From Takakia lepidozioides (Eukaryota > Plantae > Bryophyta): a stretch of DNA of 64,000 bases. The translations under genes and the position numbers were made by a program. The stretch covers positions 51,088,001 to 51,152,000 of the forward strand of contig CM060731.1 of assembly GCA_030704615.1 (NCBI GenBank), read 5' to 3'. Position 1 is the stretch's first letter. Every line of letters starts with the position of its first letter. Positions 45,434-59,721 of the stretch are shown here, in pieces. Under the pieces are notes generated by a model, which made no database searches, was not told where the DNA came from, and worked only from the letters and a program-made list of their open reading frames with translations.

Positions 45434-48400
45434 ATGACGTCGACCAAAACACATGCAGAGATATCCAGTTTGAAGAATTTAATGAATCTGGCAAGCCAAA
45501 CAGCTAGGCTTGGAACGCTCTTCGTCAACTGCTCAACTCTGAGGCTTCTAGTTATGAGCATTTTGCTTCATAGTAGCCTTGCTGCAATAACATTGCGAGG
45601 ACAAGGGGGGTCAGGAGCGTATCTTATGGATGCCACGGCCATGATTTTTGAGCAGATTGTTCATCTGAAGCAAGATACAGTATTTTCTTACGCGGCCAGC
45701 GACCCAGTTGGTGCACTCTTGGAACCAGGCCGCGACCAGGGTGGTGGTCCTCGTGTTCCAGGCCCTGGCCTAAACGTGGGTGCCACAACGTACAGTGTGC
45801 TCTCAGCAGGAGCAGTTGGTGATGGCGTAACCGATGACACAAATGTAAGGCTTTCAATTGGCCTTCGTTCATATACAGCCATGCCGTGTTATACATTGTA
45901 CTTCACATTCCTGCTCCATTTCTGACTAGCGATGCTGGAACCCAACACACTGACAAACAGATTTAGCAAGAAATTTTATTATCAGCTACAGTTAGAATTT
46001 CCAAGCATTACAGTCGGATCGACTTCTTGACCTCTAACGCTGTGAATTTAAGTGACAGCTTGAAAGTGTGGATGCAGGCATTTCTATCAGCATGGGCGTC
46101 TGCATGTAAGGTTCAGAATGCGATAGTTAAGGTGCCATCAGGTCACGACTATTTAGTGTCTCCCACCACCTTTTCTGGTCCTTGCCAGTCGAACTTACTT
46201 GTCCAGGTATAACAATATAACCTGAAGATTTCGAAGTACTTGAAACTTAGGGTGGGGGGGTGGGATTTCTTAAGATATTCATCATCCCTGATTGCAAGCG
46301 CGCTCTACACTTAATTCAGTACCTCCATTTAGTTGTATGCTGTTGATTAGGATATGTCCAGGCTTCACGGCAGTGTACATCTAATCTCCGAGTTGTAGGC
46401 TCCCAGGCATTTTGGCTCTCCTCTTCGACTGATCGGCCAAAATTTCCTGAATATTTAGACCCGCCTGAATTTGACGTTGACTTCCTCGGATTGTGGTATA
46501 AGTCGAATTTCCTGTAGGTACTTGCAGCACCTGGGCGGAGTTCATTGAAATGCCGAAAAGGATCACAACATGAGATTCTTGCGGATTTGTGCTTGTACTA
46601 ACTATTAGAGTCTTTCTACATCAAGACTCTCATATTCTGTAACTGATCGCAAGGTGGATGGGGTCATACTAGCACCTGAAGCCGTAAGTGCTTGGGATGA
46701 CGTGAACGTCGCATACTGGCTACTGTTCACCAAACTTCAGGATTTCACCATACAGGGCAGCGGAACTTTTAATGGACGTGGTCAAAATTGGTGGACATGT
46801 AAAAATGACGGAGAATGCTCCCAGGCCCCAACTGTAAGTACTATATTTTAAAACCGATCTTCTCTGGACAGATGGAATCCATAATAATCAGATTGAACAG
46901 GATATGATCGATAGATCATGTAGCATTTCTAAATATTCCCCTACTTATCTCTTGTCACGAAAGTCTCGCAGAGATCCAGCTTTTCCGTAACTCAGTCACG
47001 AAATCATGTGCATGGAACAAGAATGTTTTTCTAAACAGTCTTCACATGCACCTGGATTTCCGGCGACTGCAGGCACTAACTATCTCACATAGCGCCAACG
47101 TTGCGGTCAAGCAAGTAACGTTTTTGAACAGCCAGCAAATTCACCTCCAATTTTCCGTTTGCACCACCGCTCTGGCAAACAGTGTCACTATACAAGCGCC
47201 TGCCGATAGCCCAAACACCGACGGAATCCATGTATCAGGCTCTACAGCTGTGACAATACAAAGCTGTTCTATCACTACTGGTATTAAAAAAAAAATCGTT
47301 TCCTGTCGTTTCTGAATCTCCTGAAGTCATCATTTTCCATGTTGATCGACTAAACCCTTATAACTTTGGGTCGCATTCGTGATCTATTGCAGGAGATGAT
47401 TGTGTTTCAGTAGTGTCATCAGCTCACAATATAGCCGTCGAGGATACATACTGTGGGCCAGGCTGTCATGGACTTAGGTAAAAATTCTTTGAGCTCTCTC
47501 TCCTGCCCCACCTTGCTCAGTTTTTTTTCCAGCATTTCCCAAACTAACTCGAAAATATCCGTTGCACGATTTTCCAAACCGTTGATCAGTTCGAACTTCG
47601 CAGCCATCTTGGATCTAAAAAGTAACCTAAATTATCTATTCATTCAAGAGTACGTTGACCACTTGAGTAGCTAGCATATTGGTTGCGCCATCTTCACAGA
47701 TCTTTTGAGCACATGTTGGATTATCTGATGTGCAGCGTGGGAAGCCTCGGAGAAGATGGATCAAATTCAAACGTCTCGCAAGTACTTTTCCAGAATTCTG
47801 TGCTGGATGGCACAACAAATGGCGCGAGAATCAAGACATGGCAGGTATGTTCACACTGCTTCAGGTGTAAAGTTTGAAATTGCAATACCCATGAAACTAC
47901 TCGTATCTCACAAAACGTGCGGGTTCGTATCTAGGAATGACGATACCCCTACTTACGTACCTACCTATTGCGGTTCGTTGAAAAATGCACCATATATCTT
48001 ACCTGAACGATGAATCGTTTCTATATACGGGTATACTTTATTCTCCTCTTGTAGTGCACGAGAATCTAATGTTCAAGTTGCATGTACCGATCTTGACTTC
48101 TATCACTGCACTTCAGACTCATGTATTAAGAATCGAATTTCCAGCTCGGTTGGTTAGGGTCGCGCAGTATTTCATGAAAATCAACGTACATGTATATTGG
48201 AGATTCATGACGTGTGTTGGAGCGATGTGCAGGGAGGTTCCGGGATTGCCCAGAACATCGTGTATCGGAATATCCACATGATCAATGTGTCAAACCCCAT
48301 TGTCATCAATCAAAACTACTGCGATGCTCGATCGAGTGCACCCTGCGAGGCCTCGGTACAGTCCCTGCACTCTTCTACTCGAGATCGGAGCTTCCAGCTG

Positions 48401-48729
48401 TACATACTTTGAAAATATGTCCTAAGTTGTATGAGTTCTCTATGTGATTGCAGAGCGCAGCAGTGCACATAGACCAAGTCCAATACAGGAACATCACGGG
48501 AACCTCTTCGACATCAATAGCTGTAAACTTCGGCTGCAGTGAATCTGTGGCATGCACGAATATACTTGAGGAAAATATAAACCTACAGCGAACGTCTGGA
48601 GCTGCCGCAACATCAACTTGCGCTAATGCTTACGGCTCTACAAGTGGAACCGTCAATCCAAGCAGTTGTCTTATAGCGAATACTCTCACCAACTCCTCAC
48701 CAATCAATACACAGAGGACATCTTCCTGA
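45434..48729 (+). CDS. Polygalacturonase (glycoside hydrolase family 28), 8 exons
   Basis: Exons 45434-45844, 46078-46206, 46654-46833, 47073-47280, 47393-47477, 47736-47844, 48233-48355, 48454-48729. Motifs: GAVGDGVTDDT, SPNTDGIH, GDDCVS, CGPGCHGLSVGSLG, RIKTWQGG. The start codon is uncertain. Confidence 0.93.
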
Positions 48730-49775
48730 GGACTCTGGCTGGGCGAATGTACCCAATCCAAATTTCAAACTTTGGAATTGTGGAACTAAAGTTGATTTAA
48801 GCTGATTAAGCACTCCTGATGGAACCGCCGGCTGTATTGCACAGAGATCGAGAGTACTCCCTAATTACTTATCTGATCATAACTTTTTTGCGAGATTGTA
48901 GAATGTCCTACCGAGGAGACCAGAGTATATATTTCTAGATATGTCTGGCTCAAGATGGAGCTTTGCTTGATTAGGCCTTCCTCGTTAAAAGTTGAAGTTG
49001 ATATGTGTATGTATGTATGCGGTACCGTGACAGACAATTTCTAGGTCGGCGGCGCACGGTAGATGTTTGGCACAGCTTGTGGAAAATGTCGTGTTGGCCG
49101 ACATGTTATACAAAGCAGTCTCTAGGGCGACATTTGGTATGCCTATCATTATATATAAAATCTGAACCGAGTTCGGTGGTTTTTAACTGCAAGGACCAAC
49201 AATTGAATATGATCTATGCATGCATATTGTAGAATGCAACTTAAGAAGTGCCATTGAATAGTTTCCGAAGTTGCAACTTGGACACACAAATTCAGTGGAA
49301 ATCCAGTCGCCTGGTTTGTCTGAGGAAGGGGCTTGTAGAAGATTACCTTTGAATAATGTAAAACTTGCCACAATGTTTCCATGTCCATATATACTTGCCA
49401 AAGTTATGTTGTAACATTGCCTTCTAACCAAAGTAGAGTTGAGAGGTATGGGGTAGATGAGATCACATTGCCTTCTAATAAGCATGAAACATCTGAAGAG
49501 GCTATGAGGTAGAAAATACCATATTCTTTTTCCATTGAGAGTATAAACATAAGTGGTGCCAGCTAATTTGTGAGGTCGGAATGAGTGGCAGCATCTTTGA
49601 ACGTCATTGCAGAATGCAGATGTCTGCATTTTAAGAAAGCAACAAGGAAATAGTATTCACTATCTCTATTGAGGGCCCTTATTCATCACACCCTCTACTT
49701 CTATTAATTTAATATGTCATGGTTTGCGTTTTTTTTTGGGGCCCTCCGTGTGCAGAGCCCCCTAGGTACTAGTAA

Positions 49776-50032
49776 GGGCCACTTTACACTAAGGACCAAG
49801 ACCAAGCGAAAATGGAGCATTCTTATTGGTCGTGGGCCGAAAATTGGTCCCAAGGGCTTTGCCCAAAGACAAGGGCCAAGCTTACATGGCTACTTTGGGC
49901 GCTTCGTGGTCAAGGAAAAGAACCCTCCTGATAGCTGGACCCAACTCTTCGGCTCTGGACCAAGACCGGCCCCAGAGTGGCACTTCTTGGTCCCACGATT
50001 TCTTGGTCTTGGTCCGTAGTGTAAAGTGGCCC
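49776..50032. mobile_element. Tourist-like (PIF/Harbinger) MITE, 257 bp
   Basis: 31-bp TIRs GGGCCACTTTACACTAAGGACCAAGACCAAG / CTTGGTCTTGGTCCGTAGTGTAAAGTGGCCC (1 mismatch). TAA TSD at 49773-49775 and 50033-50035. Confidence 0.92.
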
Positions 50033-51999
50033 TAAGTAGTAAGTGAGTAAATAGTAAGACACAGGGAAGAGACCCATGGCTCTCTATATATATGCTCACA
50101 GGGCAGTGGGACCTTCTAGAAGCCCGCCGCCCCCTCAGCAATGGGACCCTTCTAGAAGGTTGCCTCCGCCACGGACCCTTCTCCAAGCCTACGGCTGTTG
50201 GGTCCTACTGCTGCACCATCCATGTATTAATGTCCATGGCGTGGGGTGCGCAGTTTTCCGGGCCCTCTTCGAGCCCTCTTCTTTGCCTTAATATAGGTTT
50301 TTCCCGTTTCCTGGAGGGCCCCCATAGAAACTCTGGCATTCAATATTAGCATTCAAAGTTGCCCACCAATCTGCATATCACTACTGCCGCAACGGAAGGG
50401 AAGACAGTCATGGTATGTGATTGTTGATGTCACGATTGATGATGATTGCATATACGCAGCAAGCCCCCATCTGTTCACAACTAAAACCCACTATTCATGC
50501 CTCCCCGTGAGTATCAACAAACGCTCGTTTTTGTTATGGCAGTGTTCCCTTTTGTTATATGATCATGCTGTGCAGGATCTTACCCGACATCTCTCTCTCT
50601 CTCTTTTCTTTCTTCTCCCCTCTATGTTCTTTCTCCAAGTGTTCACAGGGCTAGTTCTATTCATGTGTAACCTTGCAGGATACTTGGCCTTGTCATCACT
50701 GAAGTTATCATTTCTGTCAACATCTCTCAAACCTCACCATCCTCTCGGTTTTTCTCTCAGCTCACACTGCAGAGAAGAAATTATGACAGTAAACACTGAC
50801 CAGTAGCCCATGGAATATATGCCAATTACCAGAAACTCTCCCCACCAATCTCGAGACCTCTCAAGCATACCTAATTGTTCTGTCTGAATGGATAGTTATG
50901 ATTCTACATGAATGTGTGTGTTGCTGAGATCACCTATTAAGACCACCTGACTTTGATCCTCACCTTCTCGCTGAAACCACTAAGTTCAGACACAACCATA
51001 GACCTATTAGTGCAGTATTTACTCTGCTGCTGGTAACTTCAGGGCTTCCTCCAAACACAGACCTAATGCACTACATGAATGCAAAATTCTCTTAGGGAAA
51101 TTTGCCCTACACTCCCAAAACTGAAAGCATCTATCATTCACTGCTCTCAATGATGAATTATGATAGGCAGCAATTGGTGACCCTTTCACTCTATGAATTC
51201 CCCATTCCATACTTAGTTCCGGACTCTCTTTTCTGCTCACTCAAAGCAATTCCGAATGTTCTCCACATCTTCCTACTTCACTCAGTATCACCACTATGCC
51301 TACCCCTTATGCATCCCACAACTCAGAGAACAGACAACCAACACACATCTTCCCAAAATGGCATTGTCACCCACACTTCTTCATTACATTTAAAACAATC
51401 AGAGCTTAACTACAAATCGTGCATGGCATCACCGAAGCTTTCCCAAAGTTCGCCCATATCCTACTTTCCCATTGCATCCTGCAGCCTCACTCTCCAACTA
51501 GCTTCGCTCAATGCCTCCACCTTCATCGCTCTCAGCCTCACAATCACCCCAAATTAAACGTGGCTTCAAGCTGCCTCGCCGTTGTTTATATCGCATTGTC
51601 CATCCCCTCCGGTGATGATCATCCCATCCCCTCTGGCAGTTCAGACAGACTATCTTCATAAAGCCAATTCTATCCTACATTGGCCCTTAGATTCTCTCTC
51701 AGACGCAGATCATCCTCTACTATTCTAATCGAGCACTCCAAGCATAAAAACCTCCTGCAGTTTCTAGATTTGTCATCATTCCCATATCACAAATGTTGCT
51801 CACGAGATTGCATGGACTTCCTAAATGACAAATGTTATGCATAAAGAAGTCTCACTGCTACTCCACAGATTTTACAAGCTGTATCAAAGACATTGCTTGA
51901 TTTGCAACAGAAGCTCTTCATCACAAACCACTTTTTGAAGCGCATGTCTCCACAAGCTACCTATGATGTTATGAAACTAGGGCAGATGAAGGATATTAA

Positions 52000-54900
52000 C
52001 CCTTAAACGACGAGCTAACTTTTGGCAGTTTTCCCAAAAAGGAGTATGTACCCTGCATTGCTGAACTGTAACTTCCTACCCCCCTTACATCCAGCTGGAT
52101 GAACCGTTCCATCTCAACAACACTAACTACATGAAGGTCCTCAGGAAGTTTCAGCCGTTTTGACCGTTCCATTTAGTAGATTATAACAAAAGAAAATTCC
52201 CAAAGTTGAAACCATGAACAAAGAAGAGAGGAAAAATTGCTTTGACCATGCATGTTTGGCGATTTTTCAATTTTTCTTGAAGAAATGGCCTCCAGAATTT
52301 GAATAAGGGAAAAACAACAGGTCATCTCCCAAAATCTCAGACCGAAATTCTCAAAATATAGGGGGGCTGCTTTGTATGTGAGTTTGGGGGGGTCAAAACG
52401 GATCCCACTTACTCTACTCACCCCAATGCTTCAAAATGATCAGCAAAACTGTTTTGAATCCTCATTCCTATGGTCAGCAGATGCTGCGCCCCAATGTAAA
52501 GGACCTCCACAAAAAATTATTGGATTCAGACACTAATTGCTTCGTGGATGGGGTATTTTGGCAATTTTCAGGCTAGTGCCAATTCAGGCATTTGGGTGCC
52601 GGTCCGGTGGGTTCTCCGACGACTTTGTTTCGGGCCACGTCAGGCAAAAACGCAGGGCCCGCTGAGGGTGAAAAGGGAAACCGAAACGATCAGCCCCTGA
52701 GTCGCCCGTCACCACAGCGACGACCCAACCCGGCCAACTGCCTCACTTCCCTGCAGCATGACAAGGTCTCTCTCGAGCCCTCTTTCAAGCTCTCTGTCAC
52801 TCTCAACGTCATTACCATCCAAAACCAAAACTGAGGGGGATTCGAACCCCCTGATCTGCCCGTATGTGCAGACAGTCCCTCCCCCACAAAGCAGCCAGAC
52901 AACCCCCACTACCCAACAATGGAGCAAACCCTTGGAGACCCCCAAAAATCAGCAACCACCCAACCAAATTAAACCCCTTCCGCTGAATGTCCCTGTCATC
53001 ATGGACTCCCAACCAAAACAACAAGAACAAAACCCCATGACAACCCAGCAATGCTTCCCCCCTGTGATCATGGACTCCCATACAAAATCAAGAACCAGAA
53101 AAGCATGTCAGCAATGCAACCCCGTATAACCCAACAAAGACAACCCCCCTGTGATCATGCACTCCCAACGAAAGCCATGCTACCTAGGCTACCTTTCCCC
53201 CTGAATACGATGAGCCTCCCTCCAATATGCACCGAGACACATAAATGAGTCCCGGAATTGCGGACAGTAATGATGCGTCCGGTGATGGCACTGGACACAC
53301 AAACGCCGAAGGGTAGAGTGCATGGTTTGGTGCACATCAGACCTCATCCGTGGCACCAAGACAGAGGTCATCTCCAACGATGCCCAAGTGCCTTGGGTAA
53401 GTGAATGAGCCATGGCCAAACAAAAGTCCAATTGGGACATAGCTCGACGGCCCATGCTCCTCATGGCCGATAGATGCACAATGTAGCAATTGACCATAGT
53501 GGTATCCAAAAGAAAGAAGAAATCCATGTGCCACCACTTGTGGGTTTTCAGCTACGTGCTATAAGCTCCTCGGAGCTGGTCTTGCACGTCCACACCACGC
53601 ATGAACCTTTGATACTGAACATGCATTGGCACAGAGGGCACGGACACCCTAGCATTCCCCACAAACCTCTTCACGCTCACAAGTGAACTGGGCCCCAAGG
53701 CTGGCCTGGCAGAAGATGACACCATGAATACTCCTTTCTTGTCCCACCAGAGACAAGCAGCCACCTGACGGCTCTTACATTCTGAACTAGGTGTCTCCTC
53801 AAGTTTCACCGTTTTGCACTTTTTCATACAGGTCAAAGAAGGAGACAGACCCTTCCTATTCAACCTTATTGTCCCTGTGGCCCAAGTTCCTTTCAAGGCC
53901 AAGTCATACAGCAATTGGGGAGATGTAAAGTAGTTGTCAGTCACCACGTCGTGCCCCCTACCATGCAAACCTGACAGAAGGCGGTTTACTACATCATACC
54001 CCTCTCCTTTCCCCGACTTCTCTCTCATCCCAAGAGGCCCTCCATTTCTCCCACAGTACACATCAAAATCGCTTACATAGTGACAGCATCAGCAAGTGCC
54101 CATACCTTGATGCCCCATTTGACTGGTTTTTTGGGCATGTATTGACGGATAGCACAATACTTCCCCTTATACCTTATCATGATCTCATCCATTGTCAAGA
54201 CCTTGCCCAAGTTCCACTGCCTTACAATCTCCTCCGAAAGCCATCGTACTTTGCCCAATTCATCGAATTACTCACTGCTTCGATCAGAGACCAGTGTGTT
54301 GTTCCCCACCAAGTGCAAGCAGCGTAAGATGGCTTCATATCGGTCTCTCGTCATTACCTTTCTGATGACAGGGCAGGCAAAGAAGACTTGCAACTGCTGC
54401 TTGTCGCACCAAGTGTGGGGTAGTTTCTTGATGCCCATGAACAGGCAATTCCCAAACCACGCCCGCAGCTCGGGCACAATCAGTGGCCTCCACGCTGGTC
54501 CTCCAGGAGTCAGGGTAGAGGGCGACCAAAACAAGGTAAACATGGAATACATCGACGGGTGTTCAAGGCCACCCATGATAGGCCCAGTCTCAGGACCTGT
54601 AAACAACTCTCTATCAGAACATAAACTATACTCATTGCTCTCCCATGTTTTTGGGCCAAACAAGGAAGCAAAAACGGAATCCACAGGCTCATCTGTCTGG
54701 TTACTGTCATCGTCTAGATCATCCCAATCTCCCTCATCACAAGAATCCCCCTCATACACACCCATGCCCAAAACATCAGCCTCATCAGGCACAAGATTTT
54801 CTTGACCCTCTGCAAAAATATGTACAAGACTAGAATGTGGACCCAAGAAATTCAACACCCCTGCATCCACCGAGATGTCACGCAAGGGAGAACGGGCAGA

Positions 54901-56342
54901 CACCGAATTGCCAGACGACATCCCAACATCACTGCAAAGGGGATTCCGTTTCTGACGCACAGGTGCCCGACACGGAGTGGATGAGACGATGACTTGACGA
55001 GGGCGCTTCATTCTCGCAAAATCTCTCAGCTGCTTGAGACTCGACATCCGGCCACACTTCTTCTCTCAACTCAAAATTCACCGAGTCAGAGAAACCTTCG
55101 TTGTCACCCTCTTCCCTCCTCTCCTTCCACCCTGAGATAAGAGCAACATGTCTACGAAATAAAAAACGGAAGTTATGAGGTTGAGGCGATTTGGGAATGC
55201 GATGCACACGAGGAGGCAGAGGCAACGACACCAAGTAATCTACAGAAAGACAACCCAAAATCTCGGGAAGTTGACGAGGGCTGCAATGCTGCTGCTCCAA
55301 AGCCCACTCAGAGATGACTTTGACAGCGTTGCTATGCTGCAGGGGAGGAGAAGGTGGCTCAAGCACTTGAAGCCACTTGCATACCTGTGCCCTACCGTAT
55401 ATGCCCAAGCTTCAGCGCAATCTCCCAAAGGCGCACTCAGATCTCATTCAACACAAAGGATGCACATCAATTGCACATGAGCTTACCATGAAGACCATTT
55501 TTTTTGTATTGGCACACGACGGCAGGTATTGCACCCCATGCCCAAGCTTCAGCGCAATCTCCCAAAGGCTTCCAATAGATCCCATTGAACACTAGGGCCA
55601 GCACATCAATTCAACATGAGCTTACCCTGCATGTTGCACTACGGAGTTAGTGAAGAACGACGGCAGACCCCAGAGCAGCATTGATGGAGCCACATGCACA
55701 GCAGACACCATGAAAGCAAACATGAAAGCAAAGAGCAGAAATGCGGCTACAAATTGCCGAATGCAGTAAGTGCATTGCGAGCATTCTCTGTAGTAATCCG
55801 GGTCACAAAGTCGAGCATGCCTTGGTGCTCCCTCAATCGCCTCTCCAGCGTTGGAATGTAAACGCACGGGAAAAACAAAATGAAAGCAAAGTGAAGCTCT
55901 ATGTCGAGCTGCAGCGAAGCGCGCAGGCAAGAAGAGAGGATTCACCATTTGCGCATGAAAGCCTTACCTAACCCGCCACCCTGCACTGCCCCCTGGCTTT
56001 GGTGGGTGGCCTGTCCATGATGGCGCGCGGGCATGCAGGGCCAACCCACTCACCCTGCAGGTGGCCCCCGCCGCCAATGCTCGCCGCATTTCCCCTTCGC
56101 GCCGGCCATGTGGCTAGTCAAACAACGTGGCCCCCCTCAAAACCATGCAAAATCTGACACTTGAAAAATCTTAGCATGGAGGGCATTTACTCAAATCAAG
56201 ATTTTTTTGCTGGAGTGTGTAGACTACAGCGGGGCGCACATTTTCCGTTCAGACGGCGTTTCCATCGGACTTCATCCACGGAAACTACAGGGATGGATGT
56301 AAAACGACGCGACTCGATCCGGGTCGCGTCGTCGTTTAGGGG
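52000..56342 (-). mobile_element. piggyBac DNA transposon, 4,343 bp
   Basis: TTAA at 51996-51999 and 56343-56346. 13-bp TIRs CCCTTAAACGACG / CGTCGTTTAGGGG (1 mismatch). Internal transposase. Confidence 0.93.
53189..55047 (-). pseudogene. piggyBac transposase (DDE_Tnp_1_7/PGBD4-like) with C-terminal Cys-rich domain, frameshifted
   Basis: MTRDRYEAILRCLHL; TMDEIMIRYKG...QYMPKKPVKWGIK; VVTDNYFTSP; YQRFMRGVDVQDQ; RRLCVQC...HYCPQ...MCL. Confidence 0.92.
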
Positions 56343-58744
56343 TTAACTATATTATCAGAGCTGCACCAAAAATCATTCATTACTACATAAACACAATGTC
56401 ACAATATGTAGGAAAATTTGCAACACATGAGAGGCCATATCTTCCCACTACACCTTATTGTGTGCACTGCATCAAAGGATTAGGGAGTCAAGCAAGGAAT
56501 TCAAAAGGAGCCTATGGATGCCTCCATTGGGGGGGGGGGGGGGGGGGGGGGATTTAACAAACTCCATGCTTAAGTTCCCCTAGTACACTAATCAGGAATA
56601 ACTAGGTTTAAGTAAATCTAGACTAAAACAATGAAATCTGGACTTTTCATAAATAACAAAAAGTGATTAAAAATATTAAAATATTAAAATCAATTTTAAA
56701 ACAAATTATGAGAATTATGGTCAGTTTTTCATCCACCAGATGAAAATGCAGTCCAGCCTTAGGGGGGTGGGGGTTTTGGAACTTGGGATCAATAATTAAG
56801 GGCCTAAGGGGGGGTTTTCGACCCATTGGGCGACTCTCTTATGATTCCCCCATAACGGGCGAGATGAACGGGCTGTCGAATTATCTAGAGCTTGAGCCAT
56901 GAACCATTGGAAAGCTAGGATCACCCCCCTTCCCAAAGCATATTTTTCTAGAATTAATAATGTTATTGCATTATTAATTAGTTTAAATGGGTTTTTCTTT
57001 TTAGAAATTTGCCAGAAATTAGGATAGCATTGGTATAATTCCTAATTTTTATTCTATTTTCCTATTAAAAAGCCTGCTTAAACAGCATATTTTCTAATTT
57101 TTCTTAGAATATCTATTTTTAAATGAGCAAATGGGCCTTTGAAAATAGGGAGAAAATATGATATTATTGGGTAGAGGTCTTTTCTTGTAGGCTAGGATTT
57201 GTTCTCCTCTTATAATAGAATAAATATGACCCCTTGGCACACACGTGCGATCCTGTGAAGCGTGAATATGAAGCATTCCCAAACCAAGCGGCTTGCCCCT
57301 AAACGTCTCGGAGAAGCTTTCCGGAAGCAGTCGCTCCAAGTGGATGAGACCTCCCGAGAAACCCAACAGATTCCGGGGTGAAGCCGTGTTAACTCAATAA
57401 AAAGACTGCAATTAGCTAGGAATAGTTTCGTAGGACAAACGTTCGCTCTGTGAGCATGGGAGTTGGACTTTGCGTTTGCTGGTAGTTAGATAGTGGAGGA
57501 AATTTCCATCGACCACTGACCCTCTGTCAAGATTAGCGACACATTTACGGATGGGTGGTTCTTGAGCTTAACCCACCTCGTCGCCGGACTCTAGGCTCTT
57601 TGATGTTAACCATCTTTCACGTTGGCGCGGCGGGGCTCGTCAGTAGCACACAGTGAAAAGGGATTCGATCAATGTTGGCCGATTATAAGAATTTTACATA
57701 TCCGCCGGTTAAGATTACTTCAATATTTTTGGGATGGACACACTCCCATGGTTATGTATAAGGACAAATTTTTTATTCTAGTATATCCATCAGTTATTTA
57801 TTCTACAAAATTCTTTAAATTTAGACGGTTATGAATAGGACGGTTAGAGGTGTCCTAAAATTGGCGGATATATATCAAAAAAATGTGAACTAGCAAAAAT
57901 ACTAGTCACTAAGCTCACATTTTTCATATTTCTTGAGTAACTTGGTGGCGTGTTGTTTCAGCTGTAAATTCGATGTATGTCACATTTTTATTCAGAATAA
58001 AATCACATATTTGGATTGCACGCGACACGTGAGGTCACGTCAAACCTGACGCTGATGCGATCCGCGTTACATCGATTTTACCAAAATATCTGTAAAATAA
58101 TAAGTTTTGATAAAAAATGACCACCTCATCCGCTATGTCGCATTGTCAAAGTCTATCGATACGGTAGCTTCAGAACGAATCTTTCGTAAACTATCCCGAC
58201 CGAGAATATTGTTGGTCATTTTATTTGTTTTTATTTTTAAATATATGCAACCGCCAATATCGACGATCACAACATTTGTTTTTTAAATAAATGCATGCGA
58301 CCACCAATATTGGCGGTCACAATATTTTATTTTATTTATAAATATATGCGAATGCCAATACTGATGGTCGCACGTTTTTTCTGTTTTTCTTGTTTTAATG
58401 CGTATGACGTCAATATTGACGATCTCAGTTATTTTTTATTTTTTATTTTTTAAATAAAGTATAATTTTGTACACGTGGTCATTCGACGTAGGTCGCCATC
58501 TAAATATCGAGGATAAATAGTCAGTCGTAAAGATGAAAAAAAATTGATAACGTTCGGTTTGGACGTGATGCTGACTTACAATACCATGGACGTGACGCTG
58601 ATCTACCAGCTCAACATCACGTCTATATGTGGAACTATGCATTGATGACGTCTTCAATAGACTTTCCACTAGTCATACATCAGAAATAACTAAGCCCCAA
58701 ACAAATTAACCTTCAATTTACAAACAAATAAACAAAAGATGAAA

Positions 58745-59721
58745 CATTACAACAAAAAACGGCTTTCATGACACTTTTCATGACTTTTTTGGTCCACATT
58801 ACTCTTTTTGGTGTGAGTCATGTAACTTAATATAACTTTGAAATATACTAGTATTATAAGTAAAACAAAAATTATTATTTAAATTGTACGCTGCATCGCG
58901 CCACGTGGCGCGGTGAGGCGCAACTGATTTGTTTTTTAAATATTTTTTTCAAAAAATATCTACCATATAACTCGCCACGTCACGTTACATGACACTTCAA
59001 TTTATTTTTTTAAACAATCATTGCAGCCACGTGTCAACCATCTAAAGCCCCCCGTATATTAATCAATTATTTCTTACTGATCCTAGTTATTTATCTAACT
59101 ATATGTGGAGTTTGAACACTTGACCACTTCAATATCACACCTATAGTTCACTGCATACTAACCATAAAGCCATTAACTATCTAGATATATTTTTATTGTA
59201 CATACATGATCGTTGATAACATATATACCATATATACATCAACAGACTTTAAAAAATACACAGTATTACGTGGTCCAGCACGGTGGACACGATACCACGT
59301 GACATCGCCTGCATGATTTTTTCTATTTTTGAATTAAAAAATATAGAAATAGAAAATTGTTTTTAAAAAAATTGATGAATTGCCTCTCACCACGGTGCCA
59401 CGTGGCACAGTTTGCAGGAATTTTTTAATATTTTTGAATTCAAAATAATTCAAAATAAAATTAAAATATAAATATAAAAAACTTAATGAATAGTATCGCA
59501 GTGCGTAATACCCTGCATTCATCCATGAGTATATTACTTTTTTGAAGTCATGGTCGTGACTTTTCATATTGACAGAGTCATATGTATGACAATTTTCAAA
59601 TTGGTAGAGTCGTATGTATGACATTTTATGGTCAATGCTTCTTTGAATTATGGTTTTAGTCATGAAATCCATGACTTAAGAATATTATAAAGTGTCATGA
59701 AAACCATTTACTGGCGTAGTG
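58745..59721. mobile_element. Small non-autonomous CACTA derivative (~980 bp), old
   Basis: Left CATTACAACAAAAAACGGCTTTCATGACACTTT versus right (reverse complement) CACTACGCCAGTAAATGGTTTTCATGACACTTT. Internal CATGAC/CACGTG repeats. The flanking triplets (AAA/TTG) do not match. Confidence 0.55.

Noticed and set aside
50400-51995. C/T-rich region hosting the piggyBac, possibly retroelement interior
   Set aside because: No diagnostic protein motifs or termini were found.
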